From Peribolospora baueri (Eukaryota), in NCBI GenBank assembly GCA_029717555.1, contig JAMDHS010000085.1:1-64000 (forward strand): a DNA stretch of 64,000 nt. Reading direction: 5' to 3'. The number at the start of each line of letters is the position of its first letter. Position 1 is the first letter of the stretch. The notes under the pieces were generated by a model, which was not told the DNA's origin, ran no database searches, and worked only from the letters and a program-made list of their open reading frames with translations. A program made the position numbers and the translations under genes. Of this stretch, positions 11,624-22,671 are shown one piece after another.

Positions 11624-11753
11624 TCGCCTATATTTAGCTTTAGATGGAATATACCACCCATTTTGAGCTGCATTCCCAAACAACTCGACTCTTGGAGAGC
11701 GTATCACAGAGCACGGGGGCCCACGTCAAGGTACAGTACGGGATTCTCACCCT
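11060..11753 (-). rRNA. Displaced 28S/25S rDNA fragment (part of D1, D2 and the downstream conserved core)
   Basis: Conserved LSU blocks on + as antisense: ggtccgtgtttcaagacggg, cttccctttcaacaatttcacgtact, cggtacttgttcgctatcggtctc, ttttgagctgcattcccaaacaactcgactc. Confidence 0.97.
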
Positions 11754-11930
11754 GCGCAAAAGCTCCGAGACTTCGCGATTAGCTACGGAGCGGAAGAAAG
11801 CATCATGGTGATGGTCCTGGCTGTGGGTCACTTGTTCAAGGGGCAAGATACTCGCGATCATCAGGCAAGAGCTGCCAGCAGACGTCCGACCGACCTTCTC
11901 CCTGGCGATCGTACGCTGGCTCGATTAGAG
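11754..11930 (+). pseudogene. CYR1: Orphan exon fragment of adenylate cyclase (end of PP2C-like domain and linker)
   Basis: Translates to AQKLRDFAISYGAEESIMVMVLAVGHLF...LPGDRTLARLE, followed by a GTAAGC donor-like site. No other adenylate cyclase domains are nearby. Confidence 0.8.
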
Positions 11931-12204
11931 TAAGCTTCGGCTTAGTCTTGGCTTGGCGCTGTTTTCAGCGCGTTTCCTCATGGCGAAGGCTTCATTTTTT
12001 TGCAGTCTCGACGTCGTCTTAGTGTCAGCATCATCGTCTCATAGACCAGCTATTACACAGCGGCCTCCTCTCGCCGACTCCCCGTCGTCTCCTCGTCGCC
12101 TCTGCGAATCCGAAGTGACGAGGTCGCAACAAAGGATTTCTATCTACCCAGACCAGGCGCGATCCAAACAGAGAGAGGTATTCTGCCTGCCACGACCCCG
12201 TCGC

Positions 12205-14685
12205 CTAAGCAGGGACGGCCTCGATGATGGACGTCTTGGCGCTCCGCACGCGGTACGTCCTCTCGAGCTTGAGTCCGGCCTTGGAAAGCACCTCGGCGAA
12301 CTGGGCCTCGGTGCGTTCGTGGGCGTTGACAAAGTTGAGCACTGTCCGGAGGGAGAAGAAAAGACGGCATGAGCGTGGCTCTCCGCCGGACGTGGCGTTC
12401 GCCTCGTGAAAACTTACTGAGATGGTCGAGCAACAAAGCTGGAGGTACGCAAGGGCGGGAGATCGAGATCGATTCGTGAGCGAGCGAGCGGGGGAAATCG
12501 GCAGGAACATGGTTCGGCAGGAACATGGTCCGACAACACTCACTCGTCCTCGCGTACTCTCCGCCGTTGTTGGGAAGGGGCGCCGGCAGGGGCACGGGCT
12601 TATAGTCCTTCGAGTCGAGCGCTGCCAGGCTCGCCGCGGCCGAGGGCGCGTCTGACGGCGTCGGCACACCGTAATCTACGACTGGCTCGCACTACGCAAG
12701 AGAAGAGATGTATTGCGCGTCAATGGTTCGGCCGGGCCCCTGCGCTTTCTTAGTCCGGGGCGGCCGGGGGTGGAGGGGCGCTCACGAGGATGAGCTTGGA
12801 CGTGGGGCCCATGGCATTGCGGATGTTCGTCAGGATTTTTACCAGTTGCGCGTCAGGCCAGTCGTGGCTGGGAGGAGACGGAACAGGTCAGGTCAGATCA
12901 GGCGGCGAAGATCGCGGCAACAGAGACGACTCACGCGATCCAACGGAGAAAGAAGATAAACTCGTCGCCTTGGTTCGGCTGAGGGGTAAAGATGTCGTAT
13001 GGCTGGCGGCGGGGTGGACAGTTCGAGGTTAGCCCTTCTCTCCCAAGCCGACTCGTACGTAGCCTTTGCCTCACCTCAAACTTGACCCGTGGCTCGCCTT
13101 GCAGAGACTCGGGGAAGTGGGCGGCAAAGTTCTGTTGCAAATCCCAACGACTGTCAGCATTCGATGTGGTCCCTGATGGTACCGACAGTGTGACGACGGC
13201 GCACCTTCTTTCCGACCTCGATAACCTCTGGACGGTCCTGGAGAATGAGCTTGAGATCCGGGTACGTTTTGAGCAGCTGGAGGGAGAAAGAGCCCTGGCC
13301 GCCCGCCACGTCGACGATCGTTCTCTTGCCGAGCGCCTCCCAGGGGTAGTCGGCCAGCGAGCCGGCCACGGTCGGATTTCCGTATCCTTCCATGCTGCGC
13401 GACCGGGCTGAAAGAGTGAGACGACTGTGACCACTGAGAAGTGCCGAAGGGATGCTCGGCGCTCACCCGATGGCAAAGTCGGTGAATCGCTCGGGGTCCT
13501 GGGCGAGAAAGTCGAACCAGAAGGTGGGACCGAAGCTGCGAGGCCGGTCCGGAGCGAGCGCAGCGGTGAGCGTGCGTCGACAACCGGTCGAAAACACGAG
13601 GCTCACCTCTTGTTGAACGCCGTCTTGTCCACGTCAAAGGAAGGGCCCCATTCCTTATCGCTGAGGACTTCCCAGAGCTTGGAAGATGCGGGGGTGTTGT
13701 ACCGGCACCTGGAAGATGAGTGGCGAGCCTGGTGAGGAGACAGCGTCAAAGAGCGAGAAAGGAGCGCGTCGGACACTCACAGGGGACGTGCGAGGTGCCA
13801 GGCGGGGGTGCCGGTCTTAAACAGCACTGAGAGTCGGTTATTCGCGAACGTGTTCGGGGCCGTCTCGCGGAAGACGTCTGGAGAGATTGGATGGCAGCGG
13901 TGAGACGACGGGTAACCAGCTAGACAGACAGGGCGAGACGGAGAGACGGGACGAGTTGACTACTCACGATGGGCGGCGAGTAGGCGGAGGACTCGAGCTG
14001 GAGGACATATCGAGGCGGGACGAGCGACCGTCAATCGAACCAGCTCGAACGATCGAGCAGCCGGCCCATCTGGTGCACCTCATCCCGGAGGCCCCGGCAC
14101 GCTCACCAAGCTTGTCAGGCTGGAGGCCCGCGCGCTTGCCGAGCTCGTCCTTATGGAGTCCGACGTTGGGATCGACGTCGTCAGCGGCGAGGATGGAGGC
14201 GACGTTCGCGTTGACGACGACCTCGACGGCGGCGGTCTCGCAGGGCTGGTAGACGAGCTCGAACGCGCGGTCGACGCCGCACGAGACGAGGGCGCGCATC
14301 ATGCCTAGGGAGCTGATGAGCAAGCGGCGGCTCTCCCAGAGGCGGGGCGAGGGCAGATAAGTGGGATCCTCGAAGGCCTAAGAGAGAAGGGTGGGCGAGG
14401 TGTAACGTGAGCCATCGGCACCGGCGGCGAATTTGGCGCCGGCGAAGCCAAGCCTTACATGGAGGCCCGGGTCGTCGAGGTTGAGAGGGGGCAGCTTCTC
14501 CTTGTTGAACTCGTCCTGCCGAGCGGGGGGCAGAGCAAGCGAAGAGCGCAATGGTCAGGTGATGGTGCGAGAATAGCGCCGACGAGTCGTTCGTTCGCCT
14601 ACGCTGGTTGCGCTGGCTGGCTTACCTCAAAGGCGTCGAGCGACGCGTTGAGGACTGCGCGGAGCTGGGCGAACTGGGACGTCAT
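12205..14685 (-). CDS. SAM-dependent O-methyltransferase (Methyltransf_2 type), multi-exon
   Basis: YPWEALGKRTIVDVAGGQGSFSLQLLKTYPDLKLILQDRPEVIE; PYDIFTPQP; C-terminus ERTEAQFAEVLSKAGLKLERTYRVRSAKTSIIEAVPA*. Confidence 0.88.
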
Positions 14686-16027
14686 GGCGGGTTGATCGAG
14701 GTGGGAGAGGAACGGGAGCGGGACGTCCAATACCTTATTCGCAGACCGAGCCGGTGGAGGTGACGAGGTCTTCGATGATGGTAGACCAATAGGATTCTGA
14801 CTTGCGTCTCTCCACGCTCGCTTTATGATATCCTGACGCTCGTCGGGGGATGGAAGCGATAGAGCCAGAGGGCGGGCGACGCCGCGGCTCGGCCTGTCCG
14901 GCTTAGCGTTCTTCCGCCCGTCTGGGCCTGCCCTGCCCAAGCGCTCGCTCGCGTCGGCTGCCTGCCTGCTTACGTTACTCACTGTACGTACTGTACATAC
15001 TGACGCCTGCTTGGTGTGCAATGGACGCGGCGACGACCTCTTTGCTGCCCTTCTGCCCGACCCGGATCTCTCCGCTGGTAGGGCGACAAGTGCCGCTCGC
15101 TCGCTTTTTCTCGAGTGCGGCCGACCTGGACGGGCGCAGGAGGGTGGGACGCCGTGGAGGGTGGGACGCCGTCATGTCGACCCGCGGAGTAGCACGATCG
15201 ATTCAATTCAGGCACGCGGAGCTGCCGTTAAAGCCGGCGGGCCGGAGATGAGTGAGCCATGCGAGGCTACGTCACGTGACCATCCCCGGTGGATGTAGCT
15301 CTCGCTTTGCGTACGTTTCCCACGCCCGTTAATGCATCTTTCTGCCGTATGAAGCTACGAACGAGGTCGGGAAAAGAAAACAAACAACGTGTGTACGAAG
15401 ACCACGCTAGTGCACTTTCTCGTGAACATACAGTAAGCTACCGCAGTGCCGAATAGTGGTTTAGTACGTATGCATCTCGCTTTCACCTCCTTTTTGCTGC
15501 AATTTGTTCCATCATAGTGCCGTCATCTAGCGCACATAGGTCAGCGAATCATAGTGCACATCGCCATGGCGGCCGGAGGTGAGGGCGGGTGGGAATATGC
15601 AAGCGCCGCTCCACTCGGTCCAGTGGGAAGGGGCGGAAAGGAAGGAATGGCGAAGATAGCTCACCGTACTCCTGCAGGCCGGCGACGGGAGACGAAGACA
15701 GCGGCTGGGGAAAAGAGATGGAAGGCGATGGGGTGGCTGTGGAAGATGGAGAGGCGAAAGAGAGGCCCCAACGCTCTTCCTCTGCCGCCAGTTCGGCCAA
15801 GAGGGGACGATGGGAACGAGCAAGGCGAAGCGGGGTCGGCGGACTGCTTCGACCTCGAGGCTGAGGATAAGAAGGGACGCCTCTGCTCGACCCGACGACG
15901 AGCATAAGAAGCCGCCTCGGCGACGTTCTTTCCGCACCTTCCTACAAACCCCAAACCCGCCCGCGCCCTCCTCGCGCAGTACGTAGTCCTCGTCCCAGAG
16001 TCTCTCTTCCTTTTTCGGTTCTCCACG

Positions 16028-17901
16028 ATGGCACTCGACCCCTACGCGGTCATTGCCTCTGCCAAAATCTACGTCGCTTGCACCCTGGCGGTGCACGTAT
16101 GGGAAAGTGAGCCGGACGACGTCGTCCTGACGAACGAGACCTAAATCCATCCGACGCCCACGTTGAGGTCCGCTTCTCTTTCGCAGTCCTGACCACGCTC
16201 AACATGGAGTACCAGCGCGTGTGGAAGTCGCAGTGGTCGCTGGGTGAGGCTGTTTCCCAGGCTCCGTCCATCGCCCACAGCCGTGCCGGCCGTCGCTGCA
16301 GATGTTACAGGGACGTACATGCAGCCGTCTTACACGCCCCCTTTCGCCCCACGTGTAGTCAAAGTGCTCTACTTCATCAACCGGTGAGGACGATTTTCGC
16401 GCGACGGCGACGTCGAGATGTCGAGCTCATCCGGACACTTTCTACCCTGGCAGATACGTCGCCTTGGCCGAAGTCATCGTCCTCAACCTCGCCTTTTTCC
16501 TCGACTGGCCCGCGGACACCTGCCAGAGGTTCTACCTCTTCGAGCCATTGGCGTGAGCTTGCCGACCTGGCTTCCTCTCGAACGAGATGGCTCTGATGAC
16601 TGGACTGACTTGGCGCGTCCTCACTTGCGCTCGCAGTACCATCTTCATGCAGTGCATCTGCCAGCTGATCCTCTGCATTCGCGTGTACGGTAAGCACGCC
16701 GTCTGCCGTCGCCCCCCGCTTGAACGTTTCCCGACCCAAGTTCCCTCGCGTCCTCCCCCTCCTACAGCGATCTATGATCGGAATAGACGTGTTGCCGGCG
16801 TGCTTGGCGTCCTTGTTGTCGCCGAGATAGCCGTCCAAATCGCCACCGCGACACAGTTCGTGCGCGTGCCCGTCCCCGGCCTGGGCCTCTGCCTCGCCGG
16901 GTCGCCGACGCTCTTCTCGCGTTTCTAGTGAGTCGGTTCGCGACGCTGCCCTTTGCTGGACGGACGCGGGGCTGACCTTGCTCTTCTTCCGTCAGCTACG
17001 TTCCGCCTCTGATCGTCGACACGACGCTGCTCATCCTGCAGATCATTCGCGTCCATCATTACCGAACGGTCGGCGGCACGACGTCTTTGCTCAACTTGAT
17101 CCTGTGAGTCAGTCAGGCTGCCACGCCCAGCGTCATCGTTCTGGACTGCATTCATGCGTCGCCTCCGCCTGTATCCACCAGTCGCGATGGCGTCCTCGCT
17201 TTCGTCACCGTGTTCGCCACAAACCTGCTCTCGTAAGTTCCCGTGCACGTCTCAAGTTGGGGACGGCGCCTTGACGAACACTTCCTCGCTCCGCCCTTTC
17301 ATCCCGGTTGTTCAGCGCCGCGTTTTTGCTTCAGAGCGACGCTAATATCCAAGGCATCAACAGCACGTTCGGCGTCGTAATGAGCTCGATCATGGTCAGG
17401 CTCTGCCACTTCGCGCGCTTGCCCATCGATCGTTGCCTGACCATCTTCTTCTCTTCGCTCTCCCATCTCCAGGGCTCGCGCCTGGTGCTCCATCTGCGTG
17501 GCAGGGACGCCGACCCGACCATCCTCGGCGGCACGGCCTCTCTCGGCTTCAGTGCGGCGGAGCACACAAAGGTCACCAGAGGCGCGGGCTACCCTGCCCA
17601 CTCTCGCCAGCGTCGAGCCGACCCGCCCCAGGGATCATTCAGGCTCGACGATTTTGCCACCGAACCGACTCGCCTGAGCCCGGCCACGGGCGCCTCCACC
17701 GCGGGTGGCCCCACGGTCTCCAAGGTGTCCGAGGACGACGGGTTCTACGGCCGCAGGGACGACCCCGAATCGCTGCGCTCCATGCCCTCGACGCACCCGT
17801 TCAACAACACGCCCGAAAGCCAGTACGGCAGAGCCGACAGCGGCGGCCATGGCCCGGGCGGCGTCCGCATGGACACGGTCTACACTGTCGAGCGGTCGTG
17901 A
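16028..17901 (+). CDS. Multi-pass membrane protein, DUF6533-like (basidiomycete family), many small exons
   Basis: LTTLNMEYQRVWKSQWS; QLILCIRVYAIYDRNRRVAGVLGVLVVAEIAV; LVRDGVLAFV; GSRLVLHLR; hydrophilic C-terminal tail. Confidence 0.7.
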
Positions 17902-18580
17902 GGTGCCAAACGAGCGGGCGTGGTCATGCGTGGTCACCTCACTCGCGTCCAGGCCAGATGTCAAAATGTATTTTCTTTTCTTCATTCCATCGCCATTAGC
18001 GGCTTCGTGTCTTTGTCATTCGGTTCGCCGACGGAATTTCGGAACACATGCGCACGCGGCCCTGTCCTGTCCGGCAACGGCTGCCGCAACATGCGCTTTT
18101 TGGTCGCTGCGAGAAGGACGATGACAGCGTCGACGAGAACAGAGGAGGAAGTCGGATTTCTAGCAGATCATCGCCCGCTACACCGCGTCCACCTGGGTTA
18201 CGTAATGGTACAGTAAAGTGATGTGACTCAGGCAGAGGGTGCCTAAAACCGGCGTCGCTTTTCTTCCAATCCTTCTGGAGGAGCCGAGTCTCCGGTGTCG
18301 ATCGGCCTGTCGGAGACGTTGCGGCGCGATTACCTGCGCTGACCTCGGATCGAGGTTTTCATTCCTATGGACTGTTCGAGTACGAGGATAGCTCACCTAC
18401 GTTCCCCTTCCGGCTCAACGTTTTCCTTCCGGCTCAAACGCGCCCGCCTGGACCAGATAGCCACCAGACTATGTCGCCTAGTGCTCTCGGACGCCAGGGC
18501 CTGTCTACCTCGCCTTTAACTGCTCTCCACACGTTGTCGCCTTTCTCGTGACTGCTGGCTTTTCGTTTCGACCTTCGTAG

Positions 18581-18840
18581 GCAGTCTCATCTACGCCCAG
18601 AGCGGACACATGGCTGTCCAGCTCTCGATGGGCGGACCCGCACGACCGTTCGCCTCGTCCAGCTTCGCGGAGGCGACGGCCGACGAGCGCGCGACCGGCT
18701 TCGGCGCTTTCTTGGCCTCCTCAGGTTCATGGACCTTGACAGCGGAGGACGCGAATGCGAGCGAAGGAGCCCGGGATGTTATCGAGCCACATCATGGAGA
18801 CGTCCTCGTTTCCCAACCGGAGAGGCGACGTCCACAGGAG
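18581..18840 (+). pseudogene. Degenerate lipocalin-like (Lipocalin_5) gene remnant
   Basis: After an acceptor site: SLIYAQSGHMAVQLSMGGPARPFAS...ATADERA, and in another frame HIMETSSFPNRRGDVHRR. Confidence 0.45.
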
Positions 18841-18943
18841 GCAAGTCCGTAAGTCATCGGATAGCGAGCCGGTGTTGCTCACGACTCACCGCGAGATGGT
18901 CGCAGTGAGCACGACCAAACACCTCTGTCTCGGCGGCTGCCGA

Positions 18944-19005
18944 ACCTTGCTTAACTTTGCAGATCTGATGGGATGCAGTGCTTTCAAGGTCCTATGGCCG
19001 CAGAT
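18944..19005 (-). rRNA. 5' half of a 5S rRNA gene (truncated)
   Basis: ATCTGCGGCCATAGGACCTTGAAAGCACTGCATCCCATCAGATCTGCAAAGTTAAGCAAGGT matches the basidiomycete 5S 5' end. Confidence 0.9.
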
Positions 19006-19288
19006 GAAGAACAGAGTAAGATAGAGGTAGATAGGGGGCCTTTTTGGTTTTGAGCTTGAGCCCTTCCTATCTTTTCTGGACAGGGCACCGTGGTTGGAGG
19101 GCATGGTTTCATTTTCTTACTCTTTTCCCTTTCCCTTCATCGCATCTCACAGGAGTCCATGGTTATTTTATTTTTGGAAATTTTATTTTTCATTTCGCGC
19201 GCGCCTTCCCCCTTCTGCGTTTTGAGTCATACACATACAACTCCTTCTCATGAGACAGACTAAAAAAGAGAAAGTTCAACAAAGTTGA
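19006..19288 (-). other. rDNA 3'ETS / IGS1 spacer (~283 bp) between the 28S end and 5S
   Basis: AT-rich sequence between the LSU 3' end and the 5S start. A small stem-loop (gttcaac-aaa-gttgaac) sits at the LSU end. Confidence 0.75.
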
Positions 19289-19446
19289 ACAAATCTTTAG
19301 AACAAAGGCTTAGCCTCAGCAGATCGTAGCAACAAGGCTACTCTTACTGCTTACAACACCCCGTTCCCATTCAAGTCGTCTGCAAGAGATTCAACCCCGC
19401 CCATACTTCAATTGCAATACGCAGGCCGCAGGCCTTTCCGCCCTCG
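19289..19446 (-). rRNA. 3' terminal fragment of 28S/25S rDNA
   Basis: Antisense aacaaaggcttagcctcagcagatcgtagcaacaaggctactcttactgcttacaacaccccgttccc...aagtcgtctgcaa. The minus strand ends ...GATTTGT like fungal LSU 3' ends. Confidence 0.93.
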
Positions 19447-19560
19447 TGTCAGGAAGGACTTCCCTACTCAGGTTGGATCACGAGCGAGGGACGGAGGACG
19501 GAATGGAGGTCCACCGGAAGTCGATTCAAAGCAAGGAGCAGGCAAGTCGGGGACAGGGAC
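19447..19560 (-). mobile_element. 3' (U5) end of an LTR of the same family, fused to 28S rDNA
   Basis: tgtcagg...ccctactcagg matches the LTR terminus at 10792. Near-identical inverted match to 9011-9107. Confidence 0.85.
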
Positions 19561-20049
19561 CTGATTCCATGTGTCGGCTGTTCGAAATACCGGTGACCAT
19601 GATGAGGGTGCGGAGAAATGCAAATCAGAAGCGAGGCCTGGCCAGTGCGTACTGAAGGGCTTGACCGAAGAAAGGCAAGGGTGGGATAGAATGCACCGAG
19701 CGTAACGGAAACGGCCCTGCTGAATGAAAAGGGAAAATGACGGCGTGAATCTCTAAGCCGGGTTCCGCGGTGTGGGCTTACCTCAGACGTTTGCAGCTTG
19801 GATAGCATTCCATCTTGAAAGGGCTCGCAGAAGGGCCCTTCGGTGTGGTCGCCACTTGGCAAAACAATCGATTTTTTTCATGACCCTGAAATCAAATCTT
19901 GAGCTCCTAAAGGCTTGGACACGACGACGCTAGGTTGTCGCAAAGAGGGCCAGGATCGGGCACGGCCGGATCCTCACGGAATGCTATAGCCCAAAGGAAC
20001 ATGGGACGCGACGAAACGGCACGATGGCGAACGTCCCTTCGCCGCGCAG

Positions 20050-20150
20050 GCTACGGCACTTACTTTGCGCTCAGTACGATGGACCGGTATCACCGACCGG
20101 ACATGAGCGAGGAGGAAGGAATGGAACTGATGAGGAGGTGCATTGACGAG
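20050..20150 (+). pseudogene. PRE1: Orphan exon of proteasome beta4 subunit
   Basis: After a CAG acceptor: GYGTYFALSTMDRYHRPDMSEEEGMELMRRCIDE. The rest of the gene is absent. Confidence 0.7.
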
Positions 20151-20503
20151 GCGTGTTCTGAATTCAAACCTAGGCCATTCACAGCCTCTAGGTGCCTGGG
20201 AACGCATCTGAACCTCATGTACCATATCCAAATAGACCAGAGGAAAGGGACGAAAAATCGCAGGATGGTCTTCCTCCTTGATATGTATGTACGACTCCAT
20301 CCGCTCGGATGCCTTCCGACGGAATCGAGGGTATGCACGTACACCCTAGCTCGCACCAACGCGCCATCACGCCTGGTCCACCTCCCTCGTCGACCTCGGC
20401 ACGATGGATCGTATCCTCGTGCGCAGCGCTGAATGGTGGGCACCGAATAGTTGCTCACATTTGTGAATCTCGTCTCGCTTCCTTCGCTCTCGTCTTCCTT
20501 CAT

Positions 20504-22138
20504 TCAGCCACACTTGCTAGACTTGGGTGCTCTCTTGATCCTCGCGAACAATCCCGAGTCGTCGCCGAAGATGAACCTGACGGTGACCATGGGCCAGGAG
20601 GAGTGGGAAGGGAGCGGATCGTAGAACTCTTTGGCCATCTTGCGGAGAGCTGGGAGGCGCGTCCAGGGAATGGACGGGAAATCGTGGTGTTCGTTGTGAT
20701 ACCCGACCTGTACGGGCGGCGCCGATGAAACAATCATATTAGCACGATGATGAGCATGTGCGAAGCACGTTCCTTGCGAGGGATCGCCTTCACCGCACTC
20801 ACGTTGTACGCCAAGATGTTGAGTGGACCATAATAGCTCCAAGTCTCTTGCTCGACGCCCCCGAACATGTAATGCTCGGCGATGAAGTGCGCGGCGCAAG
20901 GGTGAAGGCTGCCCGCCATGAAGGAGCTCATGACCAGGTAGGCAAAGGCGTTCCAACCGACGAAATGAACTAGGAGGTAGTCGAAGAAGAGCTGGAAGGA
21001 AAAGTTAATCAGGTGCCATACCGTGAGCTTTTGGACGCGCACGAAGCCTGGTCGGACGGCGTAGAAGAAGATTTGAAAGGTTCTGGACAGAGCAAAGGTC
21101 AAAATGGGTGCTGGTCAGAAAGGCGCTGTTCTGCGGTGGACTTTCTAATACCGAGAACTCACGCAAAGAAAGCCTTGCCCAAGACGTTCTTCAAGCACAC
21201 GAGCTCAAACTTTGTCGGTAAGTCGGTGTCCATGCCGTCTTCGCCGAGGAATTTGTGATGCTCAATGTGATAAGGCTGGAAACGGTAGCGAGAGGAGAAA
21301 CAGAAACCGATGAGACGGTCTTTGCTTCGGCGATTCCCCACGGATGCCCTAGCATACCTTGAACGTCATCGCGTAAGGGATCCCGATGGGCGCGTTGACG
21401 AGGATGGCAAACAGCTTGTTCGCCTTAATGCCCTGGAAGGCGAGGTTGTGGGTGATCTCGTGGATGGCAAGGAAAACATTCTGGTTGGCTGTGCCGCCCA
21501 CGACATACGAGGTGATAATGAAAAGAGCGGAGAGGGGGTGGGTGTTTCGGAGTGCGTAGGCCACTGAGATCTGGAGGAGAACGACGCCAAGGATGATGTA
21601 TTTCGTCAGGGGTTCGTGGCCCATGAGCTTGGTTACCTGGAATTAGAAAAAGAGAGGTCAACTCGGTGCGAGTCAGCTGCCTGAGCCGGTGCCCGAAGGA
21701 CGGAGAGCATTGTTGGCGCGCCCTTGCCCTGGCCGACGGACCGAGGCGGACTCTCTGTGCATAATCCCAACTCACCTCTGGATGAGCTTTCAATATGGCT
21801 CTTCTCCTGCTCCGGTGTGGCTCCTCCGTCATCAACCACAAAAAGTCGTTCGGGTCCTGAGGCACATCCCGGACTTTGGGCGCCATTGGGTGCACGCTCG
21901 TGTCAGAGGCGGAGGCGGAGCCACCGTCTTCACCTATTTCATCGCCAACGGACGACGGTGGAGTGGAGCCGGAGAGAGAGGGAGGAGAGCTGGAGATGGA
22001 GGAAGAAGAAGCGGACGAGCTGGGAGAGGCTTCCTCGGCAGAGGGCGTGGCGCGCACGGCGTCATGAGGCTTATGAAAGCGATAGTCGGCGGGCGGCAGC
22101 TCCTCTGCGCCGCCAAAGAGCGAAAAGTCGACAGCCAT
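20504..22138 (-). CDS. DES1: Sphingolipid delta-4 desaturase
   Basis: DFLWLMTEEPHRSRRRAILKAHPE; His boxes HEITH, HIEHH, HNEHH. Confidence 0.95.
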
Positions 22139-22671
22139 GAATCGAACCAACCCTTTTGGGCGCAAAATGCAAAGGAGACGAGGAGTAGGAGGAGCAAGAG
22201 GACGAACAGTGCAAGGGCACTTGGTCGTCTACGGGGAGGTCGTGACGGCACAGGGGTGTAACCGGTTGCTGCGATAATGGCGGTAATGCGCGACCAAGGC
22301 ACAGCCAGCGCGGTTAATTGCCGCAGCACACCTTGCTGAATGATGAATGACGAAATGGCTCGGAGGCCTGGTCGGGTCGCCGCTGGTGAATTGCCGCAGC
22401 ACTGCAACTGATGGTGAACGCCATGGTCTTCTCCAGGATGTTCTCAACTGACCCAGGCAAGCCTAGCACCATGCTTTTGCGTGTCACTGCATCCGTATCT
22501 TCATGTATTTGGCGTGTTTTCGCTCTTCTCGATCGTTCGTGTCCTCGTTCGACGCAATTCAAAAGTCTAGGACCGCCGTCTTCTTCTTACGACCGTCTGC
22601 CGTCCATGACCCTTGCCGACCGCGTTTTGCGTCACCAGTTCTCAGCACGCGCCGTACTAGCTACACCGCGG

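Noticed and set aside
11060..11753. Functional rDNA array at this chromosome end
   Set aside because: Only isolated partial pieces are present, flanked by unrelated DNA, with no 18S or 5.8S.
401..17901. RiPP or secondary-metabolite cluster linking the KEP-like gene and the O-methyltransferase
   Set aside because: The genes are more than 10 kb apart with unrelated debris between them, and no DUF3328 oxidase, backbone synthase or transporter was seen.
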